Source: an uncultured virus (IMG/VR IMGVR_UViG_3300007511_000006) (Duplodnaviria; Heunggongvirae; Uroviricota; Caudoviricetes). From it: DNA of 64,000 nt. The notes below the pieces were generated by a model that was given only the letters and a program-made list of their open reading frames with translations, was not told where the DNA came from and made no database searches. The position numbers and the translations under genes are program-made. Positions 1 through 9,493 of the stretch are shown here, piece by piece. Each line of letters opens with the position of its first letter. Position 1 is the stretch's first letter. The stretch lies in IMG/VR virus record IMGVR_UViG_3300007511_000006; one strand, written 5' to 3'.

Positions 1-108
1 CTGAATCGCAGCATAGTGTTGAGTAGCATCGACCCATGTCTGTCTCATGCTACCCGCAATGTTACGATAGATGATATGGTATCGCTTGTTAGTGGCTTTC
101 AATTTCAT
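1..108 (-). CDS. Hypothetical early protein, truncated by the window edge (MKLKATNKRYHIIYRNIAGS...)
   Basis: ATG at 108 overlaps the TAA of the 108..416 ORF (TAATG coupling); frame stays open to position 1; not in the ORF track. Confidence 0.55.
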   Translation of the reverse strand, partial: MKLKATNKRYHIIYRNIAGSMRQTWVDATQHYAAIQ

Positions 109-416
109 TATACGGCTCCCTGGACAACACGGTCCCAGTAGGTGTCATGTAAAACATTCTCACGGAGTCCACGCTCGAGCATCTCGTCCTCGTCCATGTC
201 CAACTCATATCGGACTACCTCATAACGGGGCTCTTCCCCACCGTTTAAGTCACGGTCGAAGCGGGCCATCCGTTCAGCGTGGGTAGCGCCGGCATCGCAG
301 TCAATAATACGAAAGTATGACTGGCTACTGTGGATGTCTTTAAAATCCACAAGGTAGAAGTAGTAACCTTTGGGGTGGTCCTCTGTGGACTGGTTGAACG
401 TGTTGAGAGTTTTCAT
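108..416 (-). CDS. Hypothetical early phage protein
   Basis: 102-aa ORF with a purine-rich RBS-like leader, downstream of a sigma70-like promoter. Confidence 0.65.
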   Translation of the reverse strand: MKTLNTFNQSTEDHPKGYYFYLVDFKDIHSSQSYFRIIDCDAGATHAERMARFDRDLNGGEEPRYEVVRYELDMDEDEMLERGLRENVLHDTYWDRVVQGAV

Positions 417-447
417 CTGTTTCCCTGTTTCTTTAACCTATATATAC

Positions 448-476
448 ATTATATAGGATTATGGGAAAAATGTCAC
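448..476 (-). promoter_or_regulatory. Sigma70-like early promoter GTGACA-N17-TATAAT
   Basis: Minus strand reads GTGACA tttttcccataatccta TATAAT. Confidence 0.7.
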
Positions 477-490
477 GAAGAAAGTGTATC

Positions 491-586
491 TAAGTGCTTG
501 AAAAATAAGGGGAATTAAAAAAGTTGAAATTTTGAGAAAATCCTTTAAAATCAAGCATTTAAAAAGTCAATGATTTCAATGACTTA
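491..586. promoter_or_regulatory. Cluster of IHF-consensus-like sites
   Basis: AATCAAGCATTTA at 549-561 matches WATCAANNNNTTR exactly; near-matches at 491-503 (minus) and 574-586. Confidence 0.45.
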
Positions 587-603
587 GGGAAAATGGGGGA
601 TTT

Positions 604-1062
604 TTACCCAGAAACGGCTTTTTCAACTGCATCATCTATGTCTTTAGGACGATCTTTTAGTTTTTGAAAGATATTCTTTTTCTTTGCGGCTAGTGGCGTT
701 TCTTCGTCATCTTTGCCTGTTAGTTTTTTATAACCAGCATATCCAGCACCTGCAAGCGCCGCAAGACTCCGAGCGGCGCCCGCGGCGTCCACGCGGGCAA
801 GCGCCGCAAGACCCGCCACTAGTGGCCAGCCTTCGTATAATGAGCCTTCTTGAATTTGACGCCTAATAGTAGCAGGGTCTTTGCCTGCCAATAACATGCC
901 TTCTTTGCCTTTCATATCTAAAGCATTGTCAGTAGGCTTCCACTTTTTAGTTGGTTTTTTGTTATTGTGTGCTACGTGCGGATTAGCAACGGTAGCGATA
1001 TTACCACTACTAGTGGCTTCTGGTGTTGCGGCTTCAAAGATTTCAAATTCTTTAAGTCTCAT
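604..1062 (-). CDS. Hypothetical late protein, probably head-internal
   Basis: Starts MRLKEFEIFE; TATAAATA 5 nt upstream of ATG. Confidence 0.65.
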   Translation of the reverse strand: MRLKEFEIFEAATPEATSSGNIATVANPHVAHNNKKPTKKWKPTDNALDMKGKEGMLLAGKDPATIRRQIQEGSLYEGWPLVAGLAALARVDAAGAARSLAALAGAGYAGYKKLTGKDDEETPLAAKKKNIFQKLKDRPKDIDDAVEKAVSG

Positions 1063-1077
1063 ACTATTATTTATACT

Positions 1078-1416
1078 TTATAGGCGTTTATATAACCACT
1101 GTGAAATAGGAATATACGGATAGTCGTCCCAATCTGAGTACGGTGCGTCCTTTAGTTTCTCGTCTTTAGTTTCTTTTTTATCGTGTGTTTCTTTGTCTTT
1201 TTGTTGAGGAATATGTTGAGAATTACTAATCATTTCCCATTCCTCTTCTGTGTAAGGCATATGTGCTACTTCTTTTTTCTCTTGTGCCTCTGTACTTAAA
1301 TCACGAGTAAACCCACACTTTTTACAAACATAAATGCGATGGTCTATGATGTAACTACTATTTCCCTCACATTGCGAACATTGTATAAGTGTAGATTTTT
1401 TTTCGTTTTTAGCCAT
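1078..1416 (-). CDS. Zinc-ribbon hypothetical protein
   Basis: CSQC...CKKC motifs. Confidence 0.55.
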   Translation of the reverse strand: MAKNEKKSTLIQCSQCEGNSSYIIDHRIYVCKKCGFTRDLSTEAQEKKEVAHMPYTEEEWEMISNSQHIPQQKDKETHDKKETKDEKLKDAPYSDWDDYPYIPISQWLYKRL

Positions 1417-1846
1417 TGTTTAAGACATGATGGTCAGGTAACTCATCTTGTGAGTCGCTCCACTTTCCAACATGTTCCGTTTTAAACTCATGCTCTCTGT
1501 CTAAATATTTCCATTCAAGTTTTACTAAACCGAATTCTTGCAATTTCTCAAAAACTTGAATAGGTTTAAATGGCCCGCAAGTATAAACATCTAATTGAAG
1601 CAATGCTGGGTTTGGTTCGTCCCAAATATGCATTGCAATATGGCTTGTTTCAATGATTGAAACAACTGTGATGCCTGCGTTTCCTTCTACTTTCACATAC
1701 TCACAATGTGGACCTGAAAGTAATTTCATATCGATAGTTTTAATTAAATCTATCATCCATTGTTTTGTTTTTTCTACATCGTTCTCATCAGGAGGATTTG
1801 ATACTTCCGCTCTAATGATTAAATGTTTATGAATTGGCAATGCCAT
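1409..1846 (-). CDS. speD: S-adenosylmethionine decarboxylase proenzyme (SpeH/SpeD class)
   Basis: HKHLI start, IETSHIAMHIW self-cleavage region, QLDVYTCG. Confidence 0.85.
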   Translation of the reverse strand: MALPIHKHLIIRAEVSNPPDENDVEKTKQWMIDLIKTIDMKLLSGPHCEYVKVEGNAGITVVSIIETSHIAMHIWDEPNPALLQLDVYTCGPFKPIQVFEKLQEFGLVKLEWKYLDREHEFKTEHVGKWSDSQDELPDHHVLNNG

Positions 1847-1857
1847 TATAATAATTC

Positions 1858-2049
1858 CTATATTTTTGCTAATATTGCAATTAATAAGATAATAATTAAA
1901 AACAACTCAGCCGCTAGAATAGTATGATACCAAACCCAACGTGCTTTGTATACTTTCTTTTTGTTAAACGTTTCTTTAATTTCAGTAACAAAGCTAGTGT
2001 CTTTGGCTGGTTCTTTTTTGTTATTATCTTTTGCAAAAAATTGCTTCAT
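1858..2049 (-). CDS. Small membrane protein
   Basis: C-terminal hydrophobic helix; late promoter 6 nt upstream. Confidence 0.6.
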   Translation of the reverse strand: MKQFFAKDNNKKEPAKDTSFVTEIKETFNKKKVYKARWVWYHTILAAELFLIIILLIAILAKI

Positions 2050-2079
2050 ATATGGTATTTATATAAAACAGTTTTTAGG

Positions 2080-3117
2080 TTAAGAATAGTCTTCTAATTC
2101 ACCGTTACGTTCTATTTCATTTGTAGCACAATGAACACCTGTATCCCAAAAGGTTGTTGCTTTCATGTCTACTGGAACACACGTTATGCCTTTTTTCTCT
2201 AATTTGTCGAATAAAGTAGGATATGTTCCTGTAAACAAAATTGTTTTTTCGTTAATACTTAAACTATTTAAATTAAAATAAGTTTCTTCTGTACATGTCT
2301 CTAAAAACTTATAAAACCATTGAGCAATTATTGGGTGGAATTTTTTATGGCGATGTTCATTCACTTTATGCCATGCTTCTTTTACATCGCCGAAGCCTTC
2401 TACATGAATCCTTTCCCATTTTGCAAAAAACGTAGGTAAACATTCAGAAGGTAAACTTGTTATTAATAGTCCTGGTCGAACAAGGAATAGTTGAGAATCT
2501 ATATGGCCATCTGTATCTAATAAATGAAACTTTGCTTTAGGATTAATAGATTTAATCCACTCCATATATAATTGCTTACCTAACTCATTACCCTCATTAG
2601 CAGAATCTTTAGATAATATGATATCATTGCCACATTTTAGTGAAAGTGTGGGTTCATATAAGGGTCTGCCTAAATCTATTTCTGGATCAAACTTATCATA
2701 GTCACCATCAAAAAATATATCATTAGTAGGTAATTCATATATATTATCAAAACTATATTGATTTAGAACATGATCACATGAATTTATACTAAAGCGGTCC
2801 CAGTCCATTGCATAATTTCCTTTATAAAGACTGTTTCCATATATAGTATACATATCTCTAACAGCTAACGGCGGTGTAGTAATTGATGTGCCGTTGTGAA
2901 ATGGATAATCTTGCACACTTCGATGTGTTTGAATATCATAACTAATGAGTACTTTTTCTAACTCATCTAACTCTTGTCTTGACTTGTTGATTATTTCAGT
3001 AAAATACTTTTCATATCTGTTTTTTAATTTTGTATAAGGAATAATACTTTCAGGATTTGGCAATGTGCCAATGATACAAGATTTTAATGGATTAAATTCC
3101 GCCCAAACACTCATCAA
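2080..3117 (-). CDS. Amidinotransferase family (glycine/inosamine-phosphate amidinotransferase-like)
   Basis: WAEFNPLK start, VRD, GHID, terminal GVHCAT with catalytic Cys. Confidence 0.8.
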   Translation of the reverse strand: MMSVWAEFNPLKSCIIGTLPNPESIIPYTKLKNRYEKYFTEIINKSRQELDELEKVLISYDIQTHRSVQDYPFHNGTSITTPPLAVRDMYTIYGNSLYKGNYAMDWDRFSINSCDHVLNQYSFDNIYELPTNDIFFDGDYDKFDPEIDLGRPLYEPTLSLKCGNDIILSKDSANEGNELGKQLYMEWIKSINPKAKFHLLDTDGHIDSQLFLVRPGLLITSLPSECLPTFFAKWERIHVEGFGDVKEAWHKVNEHRHKKFHPIIAQWFYKFLETCTEETYFNLNSLSINEKTILFTGTYPTLFDKLEKKGITCVPVDMKATTFWDTGVHCATNEIERNGELEDYS

Positions 3118-3130
3118 ATTTCCTAAATCT

Positions 3131-3559
3131 TTAATATATAAAAATAGATATTATAGTATAAAATACTATAAACAACATTACATAATTCAATAAACGACTT
3201 GATGAGTGTCGCTTTTGAGGATGTAGAAGACCTTGTCTTTCTTCCCACGTTGTGTTTGCTTCTAATACTTGTGTAAAGTGTTCTACTTTAAGTCTACCTT
3301 CTAATATAAATTTACCAATTGCTTCTTGCAACTCTATACGCACAGGAAAAGGAAGTTGCAACTTATTAGTTGGCATTAGTGAAAAATTACGTGACCACTT
3401 ATCCCAAGGATCACCTTGTACACCTACTTGACTGTGTGCATACATATAGGTTTGTTCGTCAGTATAATTTTGGACACTACTAACAACATTAATAAGTTGG
3501 CAATCTGTTAAACCTTGTACTATGACTTCTTGAGCATTGTCTGAGTATGTTGTTTTCAA
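3131..3559 (-). CDS. Hypothetical protein with C-terminal TM helix
   Basis: ORF coupled to its neighbour; hydrophobic C-terminus. Confidence 0.55.
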   Translation of the reverse strand: MKTTYSDNAQEVIVQGLTDCQLINVVSSVQNYTDEQTYMYAHSQVGVQGDPWDKWSRNFSLMPTNKLQLPFPVRIELQEAIGKFILEGRLKVEHFTQVLEANTTWEERQGLLHPQKRHSSSRLLNYVMLFIVFYTIISIFIY

Positions 3560-3957
3560 TGGAATGCACCTTTAATTTTAAGTTCTTCAAGTTTTTCAGC
3601 GAACATTTCTTTATCTTCTATACTCATATCTTCCATGAGTTGCTTTTCTGTCATAAACTTTTTTATTACTTTGGTTCTTTCAGTGTTTTCATCAAAAGTT
3701 ATTTCTGCTTCACCAAAGTCTAACTCTTCCTTAGGAATACGTGGCATTATTTTTAAGAACAAAATATATAACTGCAAATAAGTTTTGGCATAGACATAAG
3801 ATTGCTTCATAGCCTGCTCTTCAATTGAGTCATCAGGATTTATTTTCATATCTTCTTTGTTGCCGGGGTTTTCATGTAACCAATCTTCAAACACCTCTGC
3901 TACATCTGCATAGAGGTCAAGTTCTTCAGCAGTTATTTTAATTTTATCACCCATCAT
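3556..3957 (-). CDS. Hypothetical protein
   Basis: 133-aa ORF; TAAATA just upstream. Confidence 0.55.
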   Translation of the reverse strand: MMGDKIKITAEELDLYADVAEVFEDWLHENPGNKEDMKINPDDSIEEQAMKQSYVYAKTYLQLYILFLKIMPRIPKEELDFGEAEITFDENTERTKVIKKFMTEKQLMEDMSIEDKEMFAEKLEELKIKGAFH

Positions 3958-3970
3958 AGTATTTACCCTT

Positions 3971-4588
3971 TTATTCCCATGGCGTGATTATATCAAAGTC
4001 CAGTGACTTACCATCCGTGCTCATGTCTTGATTATCGATATATTCGCCATCGTAGTATATACCAGTGACGAGAATATCATCGTTAATTTCACATATATCA
4101 AAGTTAACTTTTGATGGATCAAACTTGCCTTCAATATCAATAGTGCCTTCGTAGAATGTACCTTTCTCAGTATGGATACCAGCAAGTGTATATTCTTTAG
4201 GCTTTGGCATGATTTCTTCTTCTTGTAGCATGTTTCCTTCTTCATCATAGTCTTCTACAAATTCGACAAGGCCCCCGTAATAGATATTGTCTAGTTCTTT
4301 GGCTTCCCAACCAATGCCATCCATTTCAACAATCTCAAGTTGGGCATGATCTCGAGACACGCCATATTCATGGCCGCGGTCATCATGCTCATACCAATTG
4401 CTTAATGTTGCGTATTTTGGAATTTTGATGTCAGGGTTTTCTTCAGCAAACCAGTCCGGACTACCTACATACTCGTAAAAGTAATCACTCATTTCGTCTG
4501 ATTGCCAAAACTCGGCGCACTTTTTGGTAATTTTACCAAGTACCACTTCGCCGCCGTAACCGGTTAATATAAATTTAATGTGTGCCAT
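3971..4588 (-). CDS. Acidic hypothetical protein
   Basis: 205-aa ORF, AAGGA RBS, TTGACG-N17-TATACT promoter near 4624-4652. Confidence 0.65.
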   Translation of the reverse strand: MAHIKFILTGYGGEVVLGKITKKCAEFWQSDEMSDYFYEYVGSPDWFAEENPDIKIPKYATLSNWYEHDDRGHEYGVSRDHAQLEIVEMDGIGWEAKELDNIYYGGLVEFVEDYDEEGNMLQEEEIMPKPKEYTLAGIHTEKGTFYEGTIDIEGKFDPSKVNFDICEINDDILVTGIYYDGEYIDNQDMSTDGKSLDFDIITPWE

Positions 4589-4677
4589 AACTAATTTCCT
4601 TTAAGGTGATTAAAAGTACTATTAGTATAACATTATTTTGAGATCACGTCAAGATTAACGAGATTTTTTAAGAAGGG

Positions 4678-5016
4678 TTATTTTTCGCTTGGTTTGTGGG
4701 TCTTATAAGAATTTTCGTCTTTCACCAACGCCAAAATTAATTGATATTTTTCCCAGGCTTCTTGTAATGCTGGGTGTTTATCACGCAATCGTTGTTCATC
4801 AAAGTGTTGTTTACCTATATTCAATAAATCATCGTGAGATAGCCAACGTCCATGCTCTTTTGTTATTGGTGGTTCGTCGTCTGTTGGGACAAGTACTTCA
4901 GTAGTAGATCCCATGGGCACTCTTCTGGTGATAGTTCTCCCATTATCGGGAGTTTCATAGATATATTTTTCTTGTGTTTCTGATCGACGAAAGAGTGCCA
5001 CATGGAGCCCTACCAA
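4678..5016 (-). CDS. Hypothetical phage protein (start uncertain)
   Basis: ORF fills the intergenic gap; YIYETPDNGRT and HPALQEAW segments. Confidence 0.5.
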   Translation of the reverse strand: MVGLHVALFRRSETQEKYIYETPDNGRTITRRVPMGSTTEVLVPTDDEPPITKEHGRWLSHDDLLNIGKQHFDEQRLRDKHPALQEAWEKYQLILALVKDENSYKTHKPSEK

Positions 5017-5022
5017 TTCTAA

Positions 5023-5619
5023 TTAGAATGAGACGTTTACATTAACGCCTGCTACAGACTCACTAGTTTCCCAATCACTGTCTAATGGCATTTCCCAGTA
5101 AGGTCTAATAGCAAAAGTTGGGGTCATAGCAATACTCCAGCCTACGCCTATAGTGGATCCTAGGAATGCGTCGGCCTCTTCCCAATCCCACCATAATCTT
5201 CCATATGCATCAATATCATATAAAGCAATGCGGGCCAAAACATCTGTATCCAATGCACTTTCATCAATGTTCCAATTTACTCTTGGAACAATGTTTAAAA
5301 TACTTAATTGCATACCTAAACCAGCACCAACTACATAATCTTTATCATCCGCATATTCGGCCCATGAACTCGCACTTAACGTGCCATTACCAATTCCGGC
5401 CGTAACTGAAAAACCAATATCAGTGTCACTATCAGAATAAGCAGAAAGCCTGTCATTACCGATTCTAAATTCATCCTTATCTGAATAGTTAGCACCTGAT
5501 TGGTCATAACTAACAAACCAGTCTGTTGCGCTAATACGAACGCTACTTTTTGATTCGGCTGCATTTGCTGTACTAAATGCAAAAAACGTTGCCATAATGG
5601 CGTACATCATATTTCTCAT
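5023..5619 (-). CDS. Outer-membrane beta-barrel (porin-like) protein
   Basis: Sec signal ending ANA-A, alternating amphipathic strands, C-terminal VNVSF, AGGAG RBS. Confidence 0.65.
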   Translation of the reverse strand: MRNMMYAIMATFFAFSTANAAESKSSVRISATDWFVSYDQSGANYSDKDEFRIGNDRLSAYSDSDTDIGFSVTAGIGNGTLSASSWAEYADDKDYVVGAGLGMQLSILNIVPRVNWNIDESALDTDVLARIALYDIDAYGRLWWDWEEADAFLGSTIGVGWSIAMTPTFAIRPYWEMPLDSDWETSESVAGVNVNVSF

Positions 5620-5710
5620 TAATATCTCCTTGTGTGAAATTTACATCTGGGCCTACTAATATATAGTCAAACATTAATATGTTAACCTAGAAACTGATTT
5701 AAGAAAAATA

Positions 5711-7780
5711 TTAACCAGTGCGTTTTGTGATCATTTCAGTGATATTAGCAGGGCACGGTGCGTAGTGACTAAACTCCATACTAAACTGACCACGGCCGCT
5801 CGTCATACCACGCAAGTCGCCAATATAGCCAAACATTTCACCAATTGGTGCTTCTGCCCAAATGCGTACCTTTTGTCCACTAACTTCTTGATTGCTAATC
5901 ATGCCGCGGCGTCTGTTAATGTCGCCAATAACGTCACCAACTTTATCCTCTGGAGCAATTACGTCAAGTTTCATGACAGGCTCTAGTAATTGTGGTCCTG
6001 CTTTAGGCATGGTTTGTCTAAAGCCACCTCGAGCCGCTAATTCAAACGCAATAGCACTTGAGTCAACTGCGTGTGAAGAACCGTCTGTTAATGTCACTTT
6101 AAAGTCTAACAACGGATAACCTGCTACAATGCCGTTATTAGCAGACTCTCTAAAACCTTTTTCAACAGCAGGCCAAAACTCTCTTGGCACATTACCACCG
6201 ACAACTTTTGATTCAAACTCAAAGCCGCCGCCTGATGGCAATGGCTCTATAGTATATTCAATATCACCAAATTGGCCAGAACCACCTGATTGCTTTTTAT
6301 GAACAAATTTGTCTTCCACTGTTTGTGTAATAGTTTCTCTGTATGCTACTTGTGGTTTACCAATACTTACTTCAATGCCATGGGTTCTTTTAAGAATGTC
6401 GCACTTAATGTCTAAGTGTAGTTCGCCCATACCCTTAAGAATAGTTTGCCCACTTTCTTGATCTGTTTCAACATGGAAGGACGGATCTTCAGCGACCATT
6501 TTACCAATAGCAGTTCCTAACTTATCCATGTCACCTTGTGTCTTTGGTTCAACAGCAATACTAATAACCGGGGCAGGGAATACCATTGGCTCTAGTACGG
6601 CGGGTTTATTTTTATCACACAGTGTATGACCTGTTTGTACAGTTTTCATACCAAGCAATGCAATAATATCGCCTGCTTGTGCAGAGTCCTTTTCTTCTCT
6701 ATTGTCGGCATGCATTTCTACAATACGGCCAACACGTTCGGACTTGCCTGTGCTACTGTTATAAATTGTATCACCTTTGTTAAGTTTGCCAGAGTAAATG
6801 CGTGTAAATGTCAATGCACCATACTTGTCGTCCATAATCTTAAACGCAAGTGCTCTTAGTGGTCTGTCATCATCAACAATAGCATGTTCACCTGTTTCAT
6901 TGCCTTCTAAGTCTACTTCTGGCTGTGGATCAACCTCAGTAGGATTAGGCAAATAATCAACCACGGCACTCAATACATTTTGTACGCCTTTATTTTTAAA
7001 TGAACTACCACAGAATGTTGGGAAGAAATCACAATTAATTGTACCCTTGCGAATACACTTTTTAAGATCTTCTTCGCTAATGCTGTCAGGATCCTCCATC
7101 CACTGCATCATTACATCGTCGTCTTGCTCTACAACTTGCTCTACCATTAGATCATAATATTCTTTGGCCTTGTCTGCCAAGTCTGCAGGAATGTCGCTAA
7201 TAGTGTAAGAAGTAGGATCTGCTGAATTTGACCAGGCCCATGCTTTTTGCGTAAGAATGTCTACAATGCCTACAAAATCATCTTCAGCACCAATTGGAAT
7301 AGCCATAATAACTGGTACTGCGTTTAAGCGATCTTTAATTTGCTCTACTACACGATAGAAATCTGCACCAACTCTATCCATTTTGTTAACGTAAATAACA
7401 CGGGCAACTTCACTGTCATTAGCATAACGCCAGTTTGTTTCGGATTGTGGTTCTACGCCTCCTACCGCGCAAAAAACACCAACGCCACCGTCTAATACTT
7501 TCAATGAGCGGTATACTTCAATTGTAAAGTCAACGTGTCCTGGTGTGTCAATAATGTTAAACTGGTGGTCATCCCAAAAGCATGTTGTAGCGGCTGACTG
7601 AATAGTAATACCGCGTTCCTGCTCTTGCTCCATAAAATCTGTAGTAGCGGCGCCGTCATGTACTTCGCCTATCTTATGGATTTTACCTGTTAGTTTTAAA
7701 ATGCGCTCTGTTGTTGTAGTTTTACCTGCATCAACGTGAGCGAAAATTCCTATGTTTCTATACTTTTGTAGATCTGACAT
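5711..7780 (-). CDS. fusA: Elongation factor G
   Basis: [41 protein letters not shown]; full length 689 aa. Confidence 0.97.
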   Translation of the reverse strand: MSDLQKYRNIGIFAHVDAGKTTTTERILKLTGKIHKIGEVHDGAATTDFMEQEQERGITIQSAATTCFWDDHQFNIIDTPGHVDFTIEVYRSLKVLDGGVGVFCAVGGVEPQSETNWRYANDSEVARVIYVNKMDRVGADFYRVVEQIKDRLNAVPVIMAIPIGAEDDFVGIVDILTQKAWAWSNSADPTSYTISDIPADLADKAKEYYDLMVEQVVEQDDDVMMQWMEDPDSISEEDLKKCIRKGTINCDFFPTFCGSSFKNKGVQNVLSAVVDYLPNPTEVDPQPEVDLEGNETGEHAIVDDDRPLRALAFKIMDDKYGALTFTRIYSGKLNKGDTIYNSSTGKSERVGRIVEMHADNREEKDSAQAGDIIALLGMKTVQTGHTLCDKNKPAVLEPMVFPAPVISIAVEPKTQGDMDKLGTAIGKMVAEDPSFHVETDQESGQTILKGMGELHLDIKCDILKRTHGIEVSIGKPQVAYRETITQTVEDKFVHKKQSGGSGQFGDIEYTIEPLPSGGGFEFESKVVGGNVPREFWPAVEKGFRESANNGIVAGYPLLDFKVTLTDGSSHAVDSSAIAFELAARGGFRQTMPKAGPQLLEPVMKLDVIAPEDKVGDVIGDINRRRGMISNQEVSGQKVRIWAEAPIGEMFGYIGDLRGMTSGRGQFSMEFSHYAPCPANITEMITKRTG

Positions 7781-7825
7781 TCTTATTGCTCCAGCAAAAA
7801 TTTCTTATATTTATAAGCAATAAGT

Positions 7826-7854
7826 ATTGTACACTATTATTATGGTAATGTCAA
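7826..7854 (-). promoter_or_regulatory. Sigma70-like promoter for EF-G (a late TATAAATA also lies at 7808-7815)
   Basis: TTGACA ttaccataataatagtg TACAAT on the minus strand. Confidence 0.6.
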
Positions 7855-7858
7855 ATAA

Positions 7859-9493
7859 TTAGAAACCCCACCAATCACGTACTCCGGGATTAAATGACCC
7901 GCTGGTTGTTCCTGTTATTTTCTCAACTTGCCCATCGCTGTTAGGCACGGGAGTAGAACTGAAATATTTATACTTTATCCATTCTTTACATTTATGACCT
8001 CCAACAAAAATTTCTTGTTCATTATAAGCATCTAATTCTACTTTATATCCCCAGATATAAGCAATATAGTTTAGCACGTCTACAGTAGATTCGTTTGCTA
8101 ATTCTCTACCGCTTTTACCTCTGTATAAATGTAACAATAATGTTCTTTTATCATCATGATCAAAGTCTCTTACTTGTATATCTGGAATGCGATAGTTATA
8201 GTCATATTGTCTTGCTAATTCTTTGCGTATGCTCTTGTAACCAGCGTTGTTATGGATTGCTTTTACTTGATAATGTGGATCTTGCTTGCGGTCGCCAAGT
8301 TGGAACAATCTAAAATCACGTATAACTTTTGGAGATAAAAACTGTAGTATAAAACTCTCGTCCCTATAATTAGCAACGATGTCTAATGTAATCTCTTTCC
8401 AATTACCGCCAGCAACATCAGGAAACCATTCTTTATCTTCTTTTGTTGGCTCATCGCACATACGTTTAATGTCTTGAAAAATAGCAAAACCTAATGCATA
8501 TGGATTTATGCCACCATAATATGGTTTATCAAATGTAAGTTGGTTTAAAACGTTTGTGTGTAGTTTTAAAAACTCTAGCATACTTGCGTCACAAATCAAA
8601 CCTTTTTCATGTAAACGATTCATTGTATAATAATGCACAAAGCAAGCATATCCTTCGTTCATCACTTTTGTTTGTCCTTGCGGATAAAAATATTGTGCTA
8701 TCTTACGCACAATACGACATAATTCGCGTTGCCAATCTGTTAAATTAGGCGCGTTTTTTTCAAGGAAATATATAATGTTTTCTTCTGGTTTATCCAAATA
8801 AACATATTTTCTGTCTGTTTTCTTCTTTTCTTCCTTTTTACGTTTAATTACTGTTGTGTCCCATAACTCATTAACATGTTTGCGTAAGTATTCTGCCCTT
8901 TCACCCGCTTTCTCTGCCTCTGCATACGAATTAAGTTTTACTGGACGCTTATATTTGTTAATACCGTAATTACGAATAGAGTGTAATGCATCTAAAAATA
9001 GTTCTACTTCGTCTAATCCATATTTTTCTTCACACTTCTTAACAAAGTTTTTAGCAAATACAAGATAATCAATAATTGCTTCTGCGTTTGTCCATGTTTT
9101 AAACAAGTAGTTATTTTTAAAGAAATGGTTGTGGCCAAACGCGGCGTGAGCAATAACTAATGCTTGCGTGGTCATTGTATTCTCTTCCATGAGATAGTTT
9201 ATGCATGGATTACTATTAATAACGAGTTCGTATGCTAAACTAGTTCTACCTTTTCTGTATTGATTTTCATAATGTGACCATGCCTTACCATTGCTCCAAT
9301 GGTTATATGATAAGGGCATACCAATACTTGCATATGCATCTAACATTTGCTCAAACGTTACAACTTCAAGTTGGTTCGTGTAAGTATCGCAACCAAGTTC
9401 ATTAACTGCAATATCTTCGCAAGCATCGTAGATGTTACTTACAAGTTCAAAACTCCAATCATCTTGTTGTGTGAATAATAGTTTAGTCATCAC
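7859..9493 (-). CDS. ycgB: SpoVR/YcgB family protein
   Basis: YNHWSNGK, LAYELVINSNPC, HAAFGHNHFFKNN, QTKVMNEG, INPYALG. Confidence 0.92.
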   Translation of the reverse strand: MMTKLLFTQQDDWSFELVSNIYDACEDIAVNELGCDTYTNQLEVVTFEQMLDAYASIGMPLSYNHWSNGKAWSHYENQYRKGRTSLAYELVINSNPCINYLMEENTMTTQALVIAHAAFGHNHFFKNNYLFKTWTNAEAIIDYLVFAKNFVKKCEEKYGLDEVELFLDALHSIRNYGINKYKRPVKLNSYAEAEKAGERAEYLRKHVNELWDTTVIKRKKEEKKKTDRKYVYLDKPEENIIYFLEKNAPNLTDWQRELCRIVRKIAQYFYPQGQTKVMNEGYACFVHYYTMNRLHEKGLICDASMLEFLKLHTNVLNQLTFDKPYYGGINPYALGFAIFQDIKRMCDEPTKEDKEWFPDVAGGNWKEITLDIVANYRDESFILQFLSPKVIRDFRLFQLGDRKQDPHYQVKAIHNNAGYKSIRKELARQYDYNYRIPDIQVRDFDHDDKRTLLLHLYRGKSGRELANESTVDVLNYIAYIWGYKVELDAYNEQEIFVGGHKCKEWIKYKYFSSTPVPNSDGQVEKITGTTSGSFNPGVRDWWGF

